This document shows, piece after piece, positions 48,622 through 61,983 of a DNA stretch of 64,000 nucleotides. The notes beneath the pieces were generated by a model that had not been told where the DNA came from, searched no databases, and saw nothing but the letters and a program-made list of their open reading frames with translations. The stretch is from the NCBI GenBank assembly GCA_010015805.1, contig ML978122.1, forward strand, positions 2,948,453 to 3,012,452. The letters are read 5' to 3'. The DNA comes from Rhizodiscina lignyota (lineage: Eukaryota). The position numbers and the translations under genes were made by a program. The stretch's first letter is position 1. Each line of letters begins with the position of its first letter.

Positions 48622-50292
48622 TTACATCTTTTTTGGTGCAGCCACGGCTACCTTCTCAACTGCCCCTTTGACACCGCTTGCTCCGCCTTCAATTCCCGCA
48701 CTTCCAATATTCTCCAGGTTCTTATTGAATTCCAGCACTTGCATGCAAAGCCCTTCAGCTGTTGTGACTGGCGCGCGGTATCCCAATCCTCCAGCTTCGG
48801 GTGCAGCTCTGGCAGCACTGTCGTCGAGCACAGTGTGCACACAACTTGCGCTAAATAGTGCAGGAGTGAGCATGCATAACGGTTGCTCTATCTCTGGAAG
48901 CCAATTCAGATAGTACTGCAGACGAGAATATCCTTCGACGAGATGAGACATGACAAAAAGCGTTATTGGAGGAATTCGGAAGAACTTTGGCTTCGACAGT
49001 GCAGTTAATGGAAGAAGGGTGTAAATATCACCGAAACGGATTGCTGGATTCGGATCTGTGACGATGAAAGCTCGACCACCGATATCAGGTAGATTTGATG
49101 ACTTTTCTAGATCGATGAGACGCTTTTCGTACAACAGGTGAGCGAGTACCGCATTTGAAACCGAGATGAAGTTCTGGATAATGTGGTCGATCCACCTGTA
49201 GGAGTAATTAGCTAGGTGGTCTGCTAAAAGATTTGTTGCCTGATGGCGTTGGAGTACTAGAACTTACTGCGGTCCGCCATTGTGCGTCAAATACGTACCA
49301 ACGGTAAAATCACCACCACCTCCATAAATACCATTTCCTGGTCTGATGGCGCCTGTTCTCATTCCGCCGGTCTTGTCATCTGCGTCAAGAACAAATTGCT
49401 CCGCCATCCATTTGCTATACGGATAATTACTGAAGAACTCCTCTTTCTTCTCTGGCAATCCTTTCGTGTCGTCTCCAAACACTTGGGCAAAGAATTTGCC
49501 ATGTCGCTCCCATGGGCGCGCCCACAGATAAGGCCTTCTTACCCCAACAGAACCGGACGAGGTTGCAATGAGGATACTAGCTCCTACTGCTTTCGCAGCA
49601 TCGAGTACATTCTTGGTCCCCTCAACATTGACCTTGGAACATCTCGGGTAGAATATGTCAGCGGTCTCCCAGTGGCGGATCACCGCAGCACAGTGGAGGA
49701 CCGTCAGCGGTGCATCTTTTACGTCGCCGGCCCATGGTGCTTCGAAAGCACGAAGAATTGATTGCGGATCTGTAACATCGCCCGCCTCAAATCCGACTTT
49801 GGCGGTTGCATCTTGGAGCACTTGCAACCTTTGCGGGCCACGGAAATCATTTGCCCAAAGGCTAGTTGGAGGGCGGAGGTCGACAACCCGAATCGATGTC
49901 GGAGACTCGCCTCGTTGGAGGAGATGGAACACTGTCCACTTACCCAGAAAACCTGTGATATGGTCAGCTCTGAAATTCTGATGAAACTCGCAACAATAAA
50001 TGGCTGGCAGTTATTATGCCTCGATCCCAGTGGTCAATTGCGGGGAGGATCGCGGCCACAAACCTGTACCACCAGTGACAATATATCTGCGCCCAGTCTT
50101 TGGAGGTAAATGTTTCGCAAAGTCAATCGGGTCACTCTCTATCCTCTTGTATGTCTCTCTAGCAAATTCTTCCGTGAACGGTTTGCCTGCAAGGCGCGCG
50201 ACATCGTCCGGAATCGCGCTAAGGGCGTTGTTCACGTGCCAGAGGTACAAGATGAGTAAGACGAACGCAAAAAGGGTTACATACACGATCAT
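48622..50292 (-). CDS. Membrane-anchored 3-beta-hydroxysteroid dehydrogenase-like extended SDR; exons 50292-50064, 49952-49268, 49195-48622
   Basis: N-terminal TM helix; YIVTGGTGFLG, HCAA, VNVEGT, TSSGS, YPYSK, IRPGNGIYG. Confidence 0.88.
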
Positions 50293-50526
50293 CGTGTAAT
50301 CGTTAAACTACAGAAAGAGCTAAATCATGAAAGTTGCAAATTTCGAGTTAGTCGATGAGCGAGCGCGCTATTGGCAAGAATTTCAGGTAGACAAAGTTGT
50401 GAACGAGGGAATTACGCTAGCTTGAACGGGCTAGAGTAGATAATGTCTCCGTTTAACAAGACTTTTAGTAAGTTCAACTTTAGTTCAGCCTTCAGCATCC
50501 ATGGATGCCCTCTTTCTTTTTCTTCC

Positions 50527-51334
50527 TCACCAGGGATGGACGCCATCTTTATAGACGAGACATCCGACATCTGCATCTTCGCTGCCCTCCTACGATGCTA
50601 AGAATAAGCTCTCCAGAGACTTCTGGGTCTCCAGCTTTGCCCCAGCCGCTCCTCGCTTCCTCGCTTGGTCCACGAAGGTTCGACCGTACGAATCCAGGAC
50701 TCGCAACACATACCTTCAGGCCTTTTCGGCCACAATCTTTCGCCTCTAGCACGGCTAGCATGTTAATAGCGGCCTTGCTTACTATATACGCATCTCCGTT
50801 TCGAATATTGTCGTGAGTCGGCGGCGTTTGATGAGCATTTCGTGGCAACGTCCTCGCACCGCTGCTCACGTAGATAGAGTATGGATAATGGGATCTGAGC
50901 AGCAATGGTCTGAATGCTGCTGCAACCATGGCTGGCCCCGTAACATTAGTTGCCAGGCACAGCTGAAAGCGTGTCCTGACATCAGGGTCCATACATCCCG
51001 ACGCCGCATTATTCACAAGCACGTCCAGCCGTCCAAATTGCTTTTCAACGTGCGCCGCTGCTTCTTTGATCGAATTCTCATCGGTGACATCTGACCGAAG
51101 AGTAGAGAGCGCTCCTTTGATACCGGCTGCCTCAATGTCAGATTTTGCAGCTTGAGCCTTCTCTTCAGATCGACTGGCTATTATAACATGAAATGAGTCC
51201 GACGTGCAAGCCAGCACCTTTGATGTTGCAAAGCCGACTCCAGAGTTCGCACCTGCGCAACTTATCAGCAGACAAGGGATCTCAAGGTTGTATTTGCTAT
51301 AATTACCGGTGATGAGAACAATTGTGGAAGCCAT
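50527..51334 (-). CDS. Short-chain dehydrogenase/reductase; intron 51306-51253; apparent 1-bp insertion at about 50578 shifts the last 16 codons
   Basis: LITGANSGVG, DVTD, LDVLVNNA, YVSS, YIVSK, SPGFVRSNL; the expected tail DADVGCLVYKDGVHPW-stop lies in the shifted frame. Confidence 0.82.
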
Positions 51335-52286
51335 GGCCAAGAGTCAGGATCTTTAGGATCTGCTGAAGCATCTTGGTGGGCCGTCCACAGGAAGAAATAC
51401 CAGAAGACTCGTGGATTGGGCCGCTACCACTGGCATAGGAGCGCTGTTCCTTGGATCCTTAGGCTATCGTCCAGTTGAATTGAGACTCATCCACTGGCGT
51501 GAGCTATTCCCGATTGAGGCGCATACTTGCCATTTCGGGAATCCGGAAAAATCTAGCTGGAGTTACAGAGTATCAAGCGGAGATAAGCAAGCATCAAGCG
51601 GGACAGAGAACTAGAGTTATGGAGCACATCTATGGAATGAGATTGGGCTTTGCGCACTCGCTTCTGGAGGGTTCATTTGATTGTGCCCGGGGTCCGTTCA
51701 AACCAATTGCGTGGATTTGTTAAATCTCACGACTTTAGCCGCTTTACTTTTCGTGATTAAGCTCGTACTCTACGTGTAGTCACGTTAGTTCCCAGGTTCG
51801 ACCTGTTTAAGTGACATCATACAATGCGTGGAGACATACCCATTAGTGAAGTCCATAACTTATGGACCAGACTTCGCGCATGTGCGGAGGTTGAATTCCA
51901 TTGCAATCAGAGTCTGCTCATGTTGGTTGTATTGGGTTTCTGAATTGAAGTATATTTGTCTTCTGGCCGATGCTGCCAATTTGCTGCGCATGGACAAGGT
52001 ATGCCGTACGAGTCGCCACGGTCGTCGAGTCGCGCCTCGTCTTGAGCCTCAAGGCTCTGTTTCAGGGGGATGGTTTTACAGCGCTCTTGATCTGTTGAGG
52101 TTGTCCACGTAGAAGAGGTTCATTGAAGTCCTCGGAAGTGTTTTCCGAGAAAGACTTTTGAGTTGTTGAATCTAAATACGTATGTTACAATAGGAAGTCT
52201 CCAGACATCTGCGCATCATGCCTAAAGGTCAGGGTATATCTACAAACGGAAACCATAAACTGTTTAAGAAAGACGAAAATTCCACG

Positions 52287-54417
52287 CTACTCCTTTCTCT
52301 TTTTGCCTTCCTCTGCATGACTGAGAACGTCTTGAAGACCCAAGTGGGCAGGAGGGTTAAGTTTTGGCCACTTGACCTGTGTAGAGTCAGCATGTGAACA
52401 TGTCAATCGAAAAGACAACTTACAAATAACGTCCCATGCGTCCACATGAATCGCAAGCAACCGCCAGCAACGAGGAAAGATACAATCATCATGAGTCTCA
52501 GGGGCCATACGTTTGCTTCTAAGTCTCTTCTCGTGAAGGAGCCAACAAGTATGAAAAAGACGCCTCCAGCGACAATGTATGGAATGGCTTGTATGAGCAA
52601 CGGTCTATTATCCACAAATATATTCCCAGCCGCACTCTCAGGAAGATATGCGCCCAAGAAGAGGTCAAAAGCATCTTGTCGTGGCCCATCGAGAAAGTTG
52701 TTGCAGACGTATCGTGTCGTGGAATTGTTGAAGTCATTGAACATGCCCATTTTCGTCCTATTTCCCGTGCGAGTAAAGTCCGTTTTCAGCGCACCGGTGC
52801 CTGAGTATGACTTGGAGACGACATCTGCGTTGTCCGCCCACATGTTCCGGAATAGGTTCTCGAACGCGGCATCGTCTTCGCAGAGCTCGCCTTCTCGCAG
52901 GTATCCGAGATCAATCAGCATGCGCGTGATGATGTAGCGGCCAAGCATGCTCTGTACAACGTTTGTACGATCAAGGCAGTCCATGCAATTGGTCCGTACC
53001 ACAGCACGCTGCGTATTCCGAACTTCGACGCGTCCGTAGGAATCACCCGGCATGTCGATGCTCCGGAAGTAGCCTCCAGAAAGGACAGGCTGTTCGAGTT
53101 GTTCCATGAGTAGCTTCGCGCGGTGCCATCGTAACCCTTTTGTCTCGCTGTGGAAGTCGAAGTATACATAATGCAGTCGATCGAACTTTTGGTGGACCTC
53201 GTCTGCCTCAATCACGTCGAATTTTTCACTCGTCTTGCGGTCCGCCTCCTTCCCCTCTGATGGTGTGGAGACGAGTATCTTGATAAGTTGTTCATACGCA
53301 TCTTTGATGCGCTTTTCTCGTCCCTTCTGGTTGACAAGGTTTACGAGGTAATTATCCCCGTAGGTGCGTATCTGTTCATCGAAATGAAGTTTCGCCGCAT
53401 GGACCGCGCTTTCGACGGCCCGCACTTGGAGCTTCGGCGTGTAGTGCAGATTGTTGACCTCAGTCCAATACACCGGCACGCTACCTCTTGTCTGGACGTA
53501 GGAAAGGACTTGGACTTCTTGCCCGGCGCTCCCGCCGATCTTGCCGTTCTGGTAGCCACCACTGCCCTCGTAGCCGCCTAGTCCTCGTGAATCGTCATCG
53601 TTCAAGAGAATGAGCTGCTCCGTCTCATTAAAATTCGAGACGTGGCCCTGCTCATCTATACCACGCGAGAAGTATCGAGTGCCAGCCCGGAATCTAGATC
53701 GTCGTGTGATCACTGCAAACTTGAACGGATGGCCCTTCACGGATGCATTCTTGATCTCCAACATGCCGTACATCACAGGCAGAATATACGGGTCTATTGC
53801 AGGTTGCTCGCCCGACACTTGCCTGAAGCCGTATCTTGTTGTTCCACCAGCACGAAAGTCCATGAAGTCTGTCTGGAGAAATTTGTTCCAGAAAAAGCGG
53901 TCGTCTGCGCGCTTCCACATTGGTACCGTGATGTCTGTCTGGGACTGTCGCTGGAAGCTGCTGGTAATGTCGAGCGAGTAGGAGAAGTACATTGGTCCTG
54001 CCTTGATAACGGCTTTGATCATGTTCACGAAGGTCTCTTCATCGGGATCCTTGAGCTGCCGCTCTCGGAGGGGTAGCACTTCGGTGGCAACGACTTTGTA
54101 GATTGTATGACCCTTGAGCTTTCCAACAGGTTTCGCCTTGCTTATGAGGATCAAATATTTGTCTACTTATATCAGCGACTGTAGAAGGTGGTCATCACAG
54201 GGGCAAACCAACCAAGGCGCAGCTTGATCATTCCTAGAATACCGGCAATGCTGGAGACGCGCTTTGAACCCAGCATCTTGTCATCTTGAAGCCGCAGGTC
54301 TCCAGAAGGCCGGTCGATAACGAGAGTGGGGGTGGAGGGAGACGACGGTGAAGAGAATGCATAATGTGAGGCTGAGGCGTGTACGTTGATGTCGCGGAAT
54401 GGGAGGGGAGCGGCCAT
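52287..54417 (-). CDS. SAC1: Phosphoinositide phosphatase Sac1; exons 54417-54213, 54162-52424, 52376-52287
   Basis: RFFWN, RAGTRYFSRG, QTRGSVP, YFDFH, catalytic RTNCMDCLDRTNVVQ, YSGTGALKTDFTR; two C-terminal TM helices. Confidence 0.95.
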
Positions 54418-54807
54418 TGTGGACGGTAGAGGACCGTTTTCAAGGTTGAGGGGAGTTTGAAGGTGCCGTAGAGCTCCCGGGACGATTCGGGCGAATTTAC
54501 AGCGCAATTAAGCGCAAGATGCAGTTATTTGCCTGCTGCCATGTGAAGTTGCTAAGAATCGGAAGCGTTGCCCTGCATGGGTGCAGCGAGAGTGACGACA
54601 GGCTTGGCGCTGGGATCCATGTCGCTGGCATCAGCCGGAAAGCGACCAACGACGGGCCATCGCCTTCAGTCAACAGCTTTCTCAATCCCCAAACAACTCC
54701 GCTCAACGCCATCCACATACGCTCGGAACACGTTAACATTGAACTCTCGAAAACGTACGATATCACACGACTGGTCATCCTATCTCCGAGGTTTCTAGAA
54801 GCCCACT

Positions 54808-55681
54808 ATGGCTCAGAGGGTGCAGCAAGGCGGTAGACCCGGTGGCACGAGATTTGCACAATTCAAGCTTGTGCTTTTAGGTATGGTGATATCTTTGAGA
54901 AGATTTGTATGTACCAACCGGTTGCTAACGATGGTAATCAGGTGAATCCGCGGTTGGAAAGGTTGGTCTGCGAACGCGCTGCAAGCGTTGACTATGCTAA
55001 CTTATCTTAGAGTTCGCTAGTCTTGCGGTTCGTTAAGGTAATATCTTCAAGCACAGTAAATATCTCTGTGCGATACTGATGTCTCCCAGGACCAATTCGA
55101 TGATTACCGTGAATCGACCATCGGTGCAGCCTTCCTCACACAGACAATCGCGCTAGACGAATCTACGACTGTCAAGTTCGAGATATGGGACACAGCGGGT
55201 CAGGAACGATACAAGTCATTAGCGCCAATGTACTACAGGAACGCGAACTGTGCTGTGGTGGTCTACGATATCACTCAAGCTGTAAGCGGACCTTGGCAAT
55301 CGCATATACCACGGACGCTAAATTGTTATGCAGTCATCATTAGACAAAGCCAAAGCCTGGGTCAAGGAGCTCCAAAGACAAGCAAACGAGAATATCATCA
55401 TCGCACTCGCAGGCAACAAGCTCGATCTCGTCGCCGAGAACCCCGACAAACGCGCCATTTCGACCGCCGATGCAGAGCAGTACAGCAAAGAGGCCGGACT
55501 TTTGTTCTTCGAGACTTCGGCAAAGACGGCAGAGAACGTGAAAGAACTCTTCACTGCGATCGCAAAGAAGCTGCCTCTGGACCAGGCAGGTCCACGAAAC
55601 ATCCGCTCTGGACCAAGACCAGGTGTGGATTTGAGACCGGAGGCATCAAATACGCAAGGAGCAGGAGGATGTAACTGCTAG
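54808..55681 (+). CDS. YPT52: Rab5-family GTPase; exons 54808-54880, 54942-54961, 55011-55037, 55090-55281, 55334-55681
   Basis: [42 protein letters not shown]-terminal CNC prenylation motif; includes 20- and 27-bp micro-exons. Confidence 0.92.
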
Positions 55682-56071
55682 AAGTCATTATGGTTTACTT
55701 GATTCGGAGAAGAATTTGATTCTTGCGTGTATACCACTTCATGAAGATAGGACGGGGTTTTGGTATCCACGCGAGAGGTCTCATCGCGGATCAGTTGATC
55801 CTGCATCTTTGGGATACGGAGTAGAGGAGCAAATTGATATGCGCTTTTGCTAAGATATCAGCTACGTAATATACAATACAACTTTTCCAAGTAGAGATGG
55901 GTTGTAGCGCCTCTGCAAAATGGCAAGCCTTCCAATACCATACTTTATTTACAACTCACATTCCGGTCATCAATTTGTACAAGAAAGCAATTGTGATTTG
56001 ATACCTGCCATTGGAAAGTCCCGGTCCTCTTTCCTTAATGATTCCGCATCCTTTCCCTCATCTTGCTATCT

Positions 56072-56705
56072 TCATCTGTTCCCATAGACCAACTCTTTGA
56101 CGCTTTGAAGGATTCCAGGTTTGGGAGTAGTCTCCTGCTCTGATTCTTCCACGACGCTTCTGATCTGTCCTTGCGACCCCTGCGACCCTTGCGACCCAGA
56201 CTGAGCTGCTTTTCCAGCAAACAATCTTGCCCTCATCTCCTTCTCCTCCTGATCTCTGGCCTCCAACTCTCTCAACCATTTCTCATGCTTCTCCTTCTTC
56301 TTTGTCTCGCTCATGATACCTTCTAATTCTTTCCTCTTCTCGCGATCCGCCTGCCAGTATACGCTCCCGAGGACCATGGCGATGACGGTAAAACCTTGGG
56401 CGTATATACGCCGCCGAAACATGCGATTTGCTTCATTGTGATTACCTGAACGAATGGCTCTTGTTGCTCCGAGGAGAGCCCAGCAGGTCAAGATACAACC
56501 GAGAGGTATGAGGGGTTCTTCGCGGATGCGACGGAGGAGTTTTGTAGGGCGAGATTCGTTGTAAAATCCTCTATGTTTAACATTAGCATCAGAGGAGGGA
56601 ATTAGTTGTTGAAGGTATTGATAGAAATCTGATAAGGCTGACTGAAATGGAGACTCACTCATTGTCGTCGAAGGAAGACGGTGGTTGACTTGCTGGAGAA
56701 GTCAT
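56072..56705 (-). CDS. RCF1: Respiratory supercomplex factor 1 (HIG1 domain); exons 56705-56659 and 56570-56072
   Basis: PPSSFD, EEPLIPLGC, NRMFRRRIYAQGFT, KWLRELEARDQEE. Confidence 0.92.
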
Positions 56706-57729
56706 GTTCGGATCAAAGCTATTAGGGAGTAATAAGGGCGGAACCAAGAAGCGTGACGAAATTTGAACTAAGGCCTTGAAATCAGGGCTTGTTAGAGACT
56801 CTATTCGAGAACGAGACCTCGCATTATCAAGTTCGAATGGTGCTCTCGTGCTCACTGCGTTTCTATGACGCGCTCGCGGTTAAGATACGATAAAGGGACC
56901 GGAGTTTAGCCGAAGACGAACGAATATCAGCCGGCCGGCCGACCGTGAACTGCCGTCAGGCAGGCAGGCCTAAGAGCCCGTACGACTTCATTTGCTACAG
57001 CTTAAGTAAAACTCGCAAGCCCATTGGACAGCATCTTTGAAGATGTAGAACGCTATTCAGAACATATTCATATTATCTGTTCAAGGTTTGCCTTTTGCAG
57101 ACAATGCTCATCAGGCCGGACCAAACCGCTGACTCGCATTAGATCTGCTCTATCTCGTCCGGTCGTTCTTCTACCTCCGACAACGGCATTGTTCGCAAGC
57201 TCATCGTGCCAAATCGCGCAAGCTAATTGTACTTGATCCGCTGATTCTTGCGAGAAACTACGTCCGAACACTGAAAAATAGCTCCGTGGCCATTACCAAT
57301 CGTATCTAGCAAGGTTGACGATACATTGATAAGGACGCTCGGCCCCGCGTTGCGTAAATTATCAAATCTTTAACGCCCCAGACCTGCAAGATTCAGTTAC
57401 CATCATATTGGCAAAAAAGGTTCGCTTTAAAGCTTCCGAACTTTTCTCCACTCGGTTTGCCTTTTGACATTAAGTGCTGACACAAGAGCTTGTTTTCGCT
57501 ATCAAGACTTTCTTCGCTGGGGATCGTCCGTTCTCCGTGACATCTTTGGCTTTTCCGGTGGTTATTGTAGATCTATAAGTTCTCGAGTCTGCATCATGTA
57601 TTTTTTTCGTTCTTGCGTCTGTTCCTGCCTTAGTCCATTTGTACAAAGAGTAGCGGCCTTCATGATCCTTTCATAGCCAATTCGGAAGTCATTGTATATA
57701 TCACATCTCGTCTATTCATTTCTTTCAAA

Positions 57730-59448
57730 ATGAAATTAAAATGGCACAATATCCTGGCTCATGTTTGCATGATTAGAATGTCGACATCCCAGTCCGTTGG
57801 CTTTGATGCCAGAGAAGCGACAATTGACACCGTCCAGCACGCCATATTTAGCGGACTCGCATCTGTTCATGATGTCGTGTCTGCATTCATTGCAAGAATC
57901 GAGAAGTTCGACTCTAAGATCAACGCCGTCATCAGCTTAAATCCGAATGCCTTGAGCGACGCAGCAGAGCAGGATAGAATGCTCGCAGCCGGAAATGCCA
58001 CTGGCCCGCTTTTCGGTGTACCGATATGCTTGAAGGATAACTACGATACTGCTTCAATCCCAACTACTGGTGGGAATTTGGCACTGAAGAACTCTCAACC
58101 AACAGAAGATGCTCCGGCCGTTGCTGTGTTACGAAAGGCAGGAGCAATCATATTGGGAAAATGCAATCTCCATGAATTGGCACTAGAAGGAATATCAGTC
58201 TCGTCAGTGGGCGGACAGACGATCAATCCATACGACTCCACTCGCACGCCCGGTGGTTCTTCCGGTGGGACGGGTGCCGGGGTGGCAGCGTCATTCTTCG
58301 TATTCGGCACTGGAACGGACACTGTCAACTCTCTTCGCAGCCCACCCGCAAGCAACAGTCTCTTCAGTATCCGACCGACACGAGGGCTGATCTCCCGCCA
58401 GGGAATTATTCCGATTTCGACGACGCAGGATGTTATTGGACCAATCGCAAGAACTATCAAAGATGTAGCTGTGGCCTTGACAGTCATGAGCAGCATTGGC
58501 TACGATCCGCAGGATAATGATACGGCGCGCGTGCCACAGGGTAATCGAAATATCGATTATGCTGCGGCAATGGATACGGCGCCTCCGCTCAAAGGACTCC
58601 GACTTGGTCTCATCGAAGGATTTTTTAACCGGACTGCGTCAACAGAGACGACACCAGTGAACGAAGCATTTGACAAGATGGTATCACGTCTCACTGCCGC
58701 AGGCGCAACTGTTGTCTCAATCAAAGAGTCGATTTACAATTCAACCGCAATCCAAGCTTTCGATACACAGAGGTTCGAATATAGAGAGAACATGAACAAA
58801 TATCTGCAACGACCATCACTGAAAGGAACGCACCCATCTACACTCGACGAGCTCTATGAAACCAGCTCGAATGGCACCGGAGGTAAATTCCTCGTCATCC
58901 CCAGCCAATATGAATACGTCACGACATCGTTGAAATCATCAACAAGCAACGCAACCTACGATAATATCCAACGCGGCATCTCCAACCTAACTATAGCCCT
59001 ACAGTCGACGTTCGCAGCGAACAATCTCGACGCCTTAATCTACCCCGAACAGCAGCATCTAGTCGTCAAGCTCGGCAGCCCATCGCAATCCGGTCGGAAC
59101 GGCATCCTGGCCGCGCTTACTGGAGCACCTGTTGTCGTGGTGCCGGCGGGCTTCTCGCCTCCAACGGAAACTGCGCCCATTGGAGTGCCGATCGGGATGG
59201 AGATCTTGGGCCCGAAGTGGGACGAGGCGAAGATTTTGGGGATTGCATGGCAGGTGGAGAAATTGACGAAGGTGAGGAAGAGTCCGGTTTGGGCAAGAGA
59301 GGTTGTGGAGGTGAGCGGGAGGACGGCTAATAGTACACTGGTGGCGAAGATCACACCAAATACGAAGAATATTCCTCCCGAGTATCCTGTTGGTTCCCTC
59401 GGAGGTGCGATTGTAAATGCGGAGGGAGTGAGCTTTTTGAAGAAGTAG
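57730..59448 (+). CDS. Amidase-signature family enzyme, probably secreted
   Basis: GPLFGVPICLKDN (Lys), TPGGSSGG, GTDTVNSLRSP (Ser-cisSer-Lys triad); many N-x-S/T sequons. Confidence 0.9.
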   Translation: MKLKWHNILAHVCMIRMSTSQSVGFDAREATIDTVQHAIFSGLASVHDVVSAFIARIEKFDSKINAVISLNPNALSDAAEQDRMLAAGNATGPLFGVPICLKDNYDTASIPTTGGNLALKNSQPTEDAPAVAVLRKAGAIILGKCNLHELALEGISVSSVGGQTINPYDSTRTPGGSSGGTGAGVAASFFVFGTGTDTVNSLRSPPASNSLFSIRPTRGLISRQGIIPISTTQDVIGPIARTIKDVAVALTVMSSIGYDPQDNDTARVPQGNRNIDYAAAMDTAPPLKGLRLGLIEGFFNRTASTETTPVNEAFDKMVSRLTAAGATVVSIKESIYNSTAIQAFDTQRFEYRENMNKYLQRPSLKGTHPSTLDELYETSSNGTGGKFLVIPSQYEYVTTSLKSSTSNATYDNIQRGISNLTIALQSTFAANNLDALIYPEQQHLVVKLGSPSQSGRNGILAALTGAPVVVVPAGFSPPTETAPIGVPIGMEILGPKWDEAKILGIAWQVEKLTKVRKSPVWAREVVEVSGRTANSTLVAKITPNTKNIPPEYPVGSLGGAIVNAEGVSFLKK

Positions 59449-59856
59449 ATTTGAAGCGGAGTAGTGTATAAAAAATGCAAAACGCCCAAGCAACTGGGAA
59501 GTCGTTCTCTTGACCGCTAACCCCCAACACCGCCACAGAGCCCGTAGTGCTTGACGAATAGAACCCTGTCTCCCATTTAACCAGAAAGTCACCTTGTTCC
59601 TCCGCATGTTCTCAAGCTGTCAAAGTCGATTGGAGGTCGTGTCGTGAATGAGCAGAATCGTGATTGTATGTGAACTCCGAATTAGAAAACCGTAGCTAAG
59701 TAGGTGTCGTCATCGCCATGCATCGCGACAGTGGCCAAGAGAAGAGAAAATTTAGGAGGTCGAAATGTAAGTCGTAATTTGCACGCAAATGGCATCATCC
59801 CCTGTGTTCAGTATTCAACTATGACTGAACGCGCTTCTGCCTGCAATTCTGTTGTC

Positions 59857-61983
59857 TTAATTTTCGTATGTGATCTCCGTGCTGCCGATTTCGCGATGTC
59901 CGCACATCACTCGGAAGCAAAGGACACCCTCTTCCTTGCCGAGAAGGACTTCGACTTGGCAATCGAGTTTGTTGAGTTTCTTTCCGTACATTGTCTTGCG
60001 CTTCAAAAGCTTGGGATCGATGTCCTTGAAATTTAGCTTAATAGTACCGATTCTCTTCGTCCCTAGGATTACAGTTAGTTATGAACAGTTCTTTGTTTGA
60101 TCTGTTAGAAAGTACATGGATCCGTGGTCCTCTCTGGAAGCAGGTCTACGTCGCAGCTATACAATGATAGTTCGCTTGATGAGGGGAAATCGCCCTCGGA
60201 AATTTCGTAAACTGAGCTAGATATCTTTGTGGTGTCATCGACCTTGTGACCCTTAATGTACTATCAGTAGCTGCAACTAGCAGATTAAAGTATAAAGTGA
60301 GAATGATTCGCACCTTCAGTATCTGCCAGTCAAGCCTTCTACAGCACATTCTACGCCCAGTCCATAAGCACTTGTAGCCATCCTTCTTCGGATCTATGTC
60401 TTTCCGGAAAGGTAAGCAGACCTCAAAGCCGTACGCGCGACGGCATCGACGAGAAGAAGGTTTGATTCCTTCTAGGCCCCTGAAGGCCGCGCCTCGGACA
60501 ATAGCTGCTTGCCTAATCAAGATTCAGACAATACTTAAATAATTGATGTATCTGATGAGACACTTACGGCTTCTCTGGACAGATGAGGCGGATATCACCG
60601 GCCGATCTGCACCACTCTTTGAGCTCTCGATTAATATGCGAACTGTCACCGAATCCGCCGACAAGGATAGCAAGCTGGTGGCGTGTAAGCTATGTCAAAA
60701 ACAGTAGAACAGATTGAACATACAGTTATAGGACAGTCCGGGCTCGTCTCCTTCGCTTGGTCAAGCTGTTGCTGGATCATGCGTGTAATTCGGTCAAGCG
60801 GTCGCTGGAAAAATCCTAGCATATCGCTTCTGCACAAAGTTAGTTGAAGCCTTCGGTCAATACACTCAGCGACTTACTGGTACAGCTTCACCACGCATTC
60901 TGAATCGTCATAATACCGGCCTTCCTCTACGCCGGGCATGACTAAGGTGAGCTCGTACTCCTGGTTGCGGTCTCTTGAAGACCCAAAGTCGCGCTTTATA
61001 AGTTCGAATTCTTTCATCAAAGCGCTGCCTGGACCCTTCTTCTCGAATGGGATATTGGTGAAATGCTCACGGAATACTCGCTCCATCCATGCGTGGAAAC
61101 CTCGATCTATGGAGGTGCTTCCGCATTTCCCACCGATTCCAGGGACAAGCTCCTCGAACTCGAGCTTTGGAGAGATTCCGGTTATTTTGTAGCTTGTTAG
61201 ATCCACAGTCCCTCCTCCACAATCGATTATCATGATACCCATCTTTGGTTTCAGTTGACTGTCTCCTGAACTTCCCTCGGCCAATGATTTCAGCGCAGCA
61301 ACGGCGGCAGCTTCAGGTTCCGGGATCATCTTTATCGCGTCTTCTAGTCGAGACGCAAAGCCAGCTTTCATTGCAGCAGCCTTAGTGTCCGCTTTCGCCT
61401 TGTCTGACCAAATTGCTGGTACAGTAAACCAAAATTCAATCGGCATGGTTGCTAGAATCTCTGCAGAGAAGCGCTTTTCGAGGTGATCCATTACGTGCCG
61501 ATAGAATGGTGTCAGGTATGCAGCGCATACGTCCGCAGGAGACATGTTCGCAGGCAACCTGAACATGCCATTGCCCTCGCTTTCCGCCAGAGTGTGAAGT
61601 TCCGGGTCATCAAAGTCGGTAACTTCCACGTTCTTATCAAGGCCCAACTTAAACCATGAACACGCAACCATCTTCGGTAGCACTTCATAACCCCATCTGT
61701 CGGAATCGTAATGTGGATTCTCGTTGGCGAAAGCAATGCGTGACGGAGTCTTGCTAACCTCGTCCGATGCTTTTCCTTTGCCCGGCCAGTTGCGGATTAG
61801 ATCAATATCATTCACATTCTTGATGCTTTCTTGGGCTGTGCTAGCATATGCGGCACCTAAGAATGATCAGCAGGTGTCATTATGTTAGACCAAGCAACAT
61901 AGGTGTGAAGACAAGTCATACTGACCGCTATACGTTGTGCCCAAATCAACGCCAACTATGATTTTATGCTTCTTCAAGCTCAT
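59857..61983 (-). CDS. Atypical Hsp70 (HSPA12-like actin-fold ATPase); seven exons: 61983-61926, 61856-60878, 60829-60724, 60674-60568, 60512-60314, 60251-60116, 60062-59857
   Basis: VGVDLGTTYSG, TVPAIWS, EPEAAA, IDCGGGTVD, CGSTSID, LVGGFGDS, AIVRGA; divergent C-terminal domain with no EEVD; six canonical introns give an intact frame. Confidence 0.9.

Noticed and set aside
51790..51810. GGTTCGA resembling a tRNA T-loop
   Set aside because: No cloverleaf or A-box in the flanking sequence.
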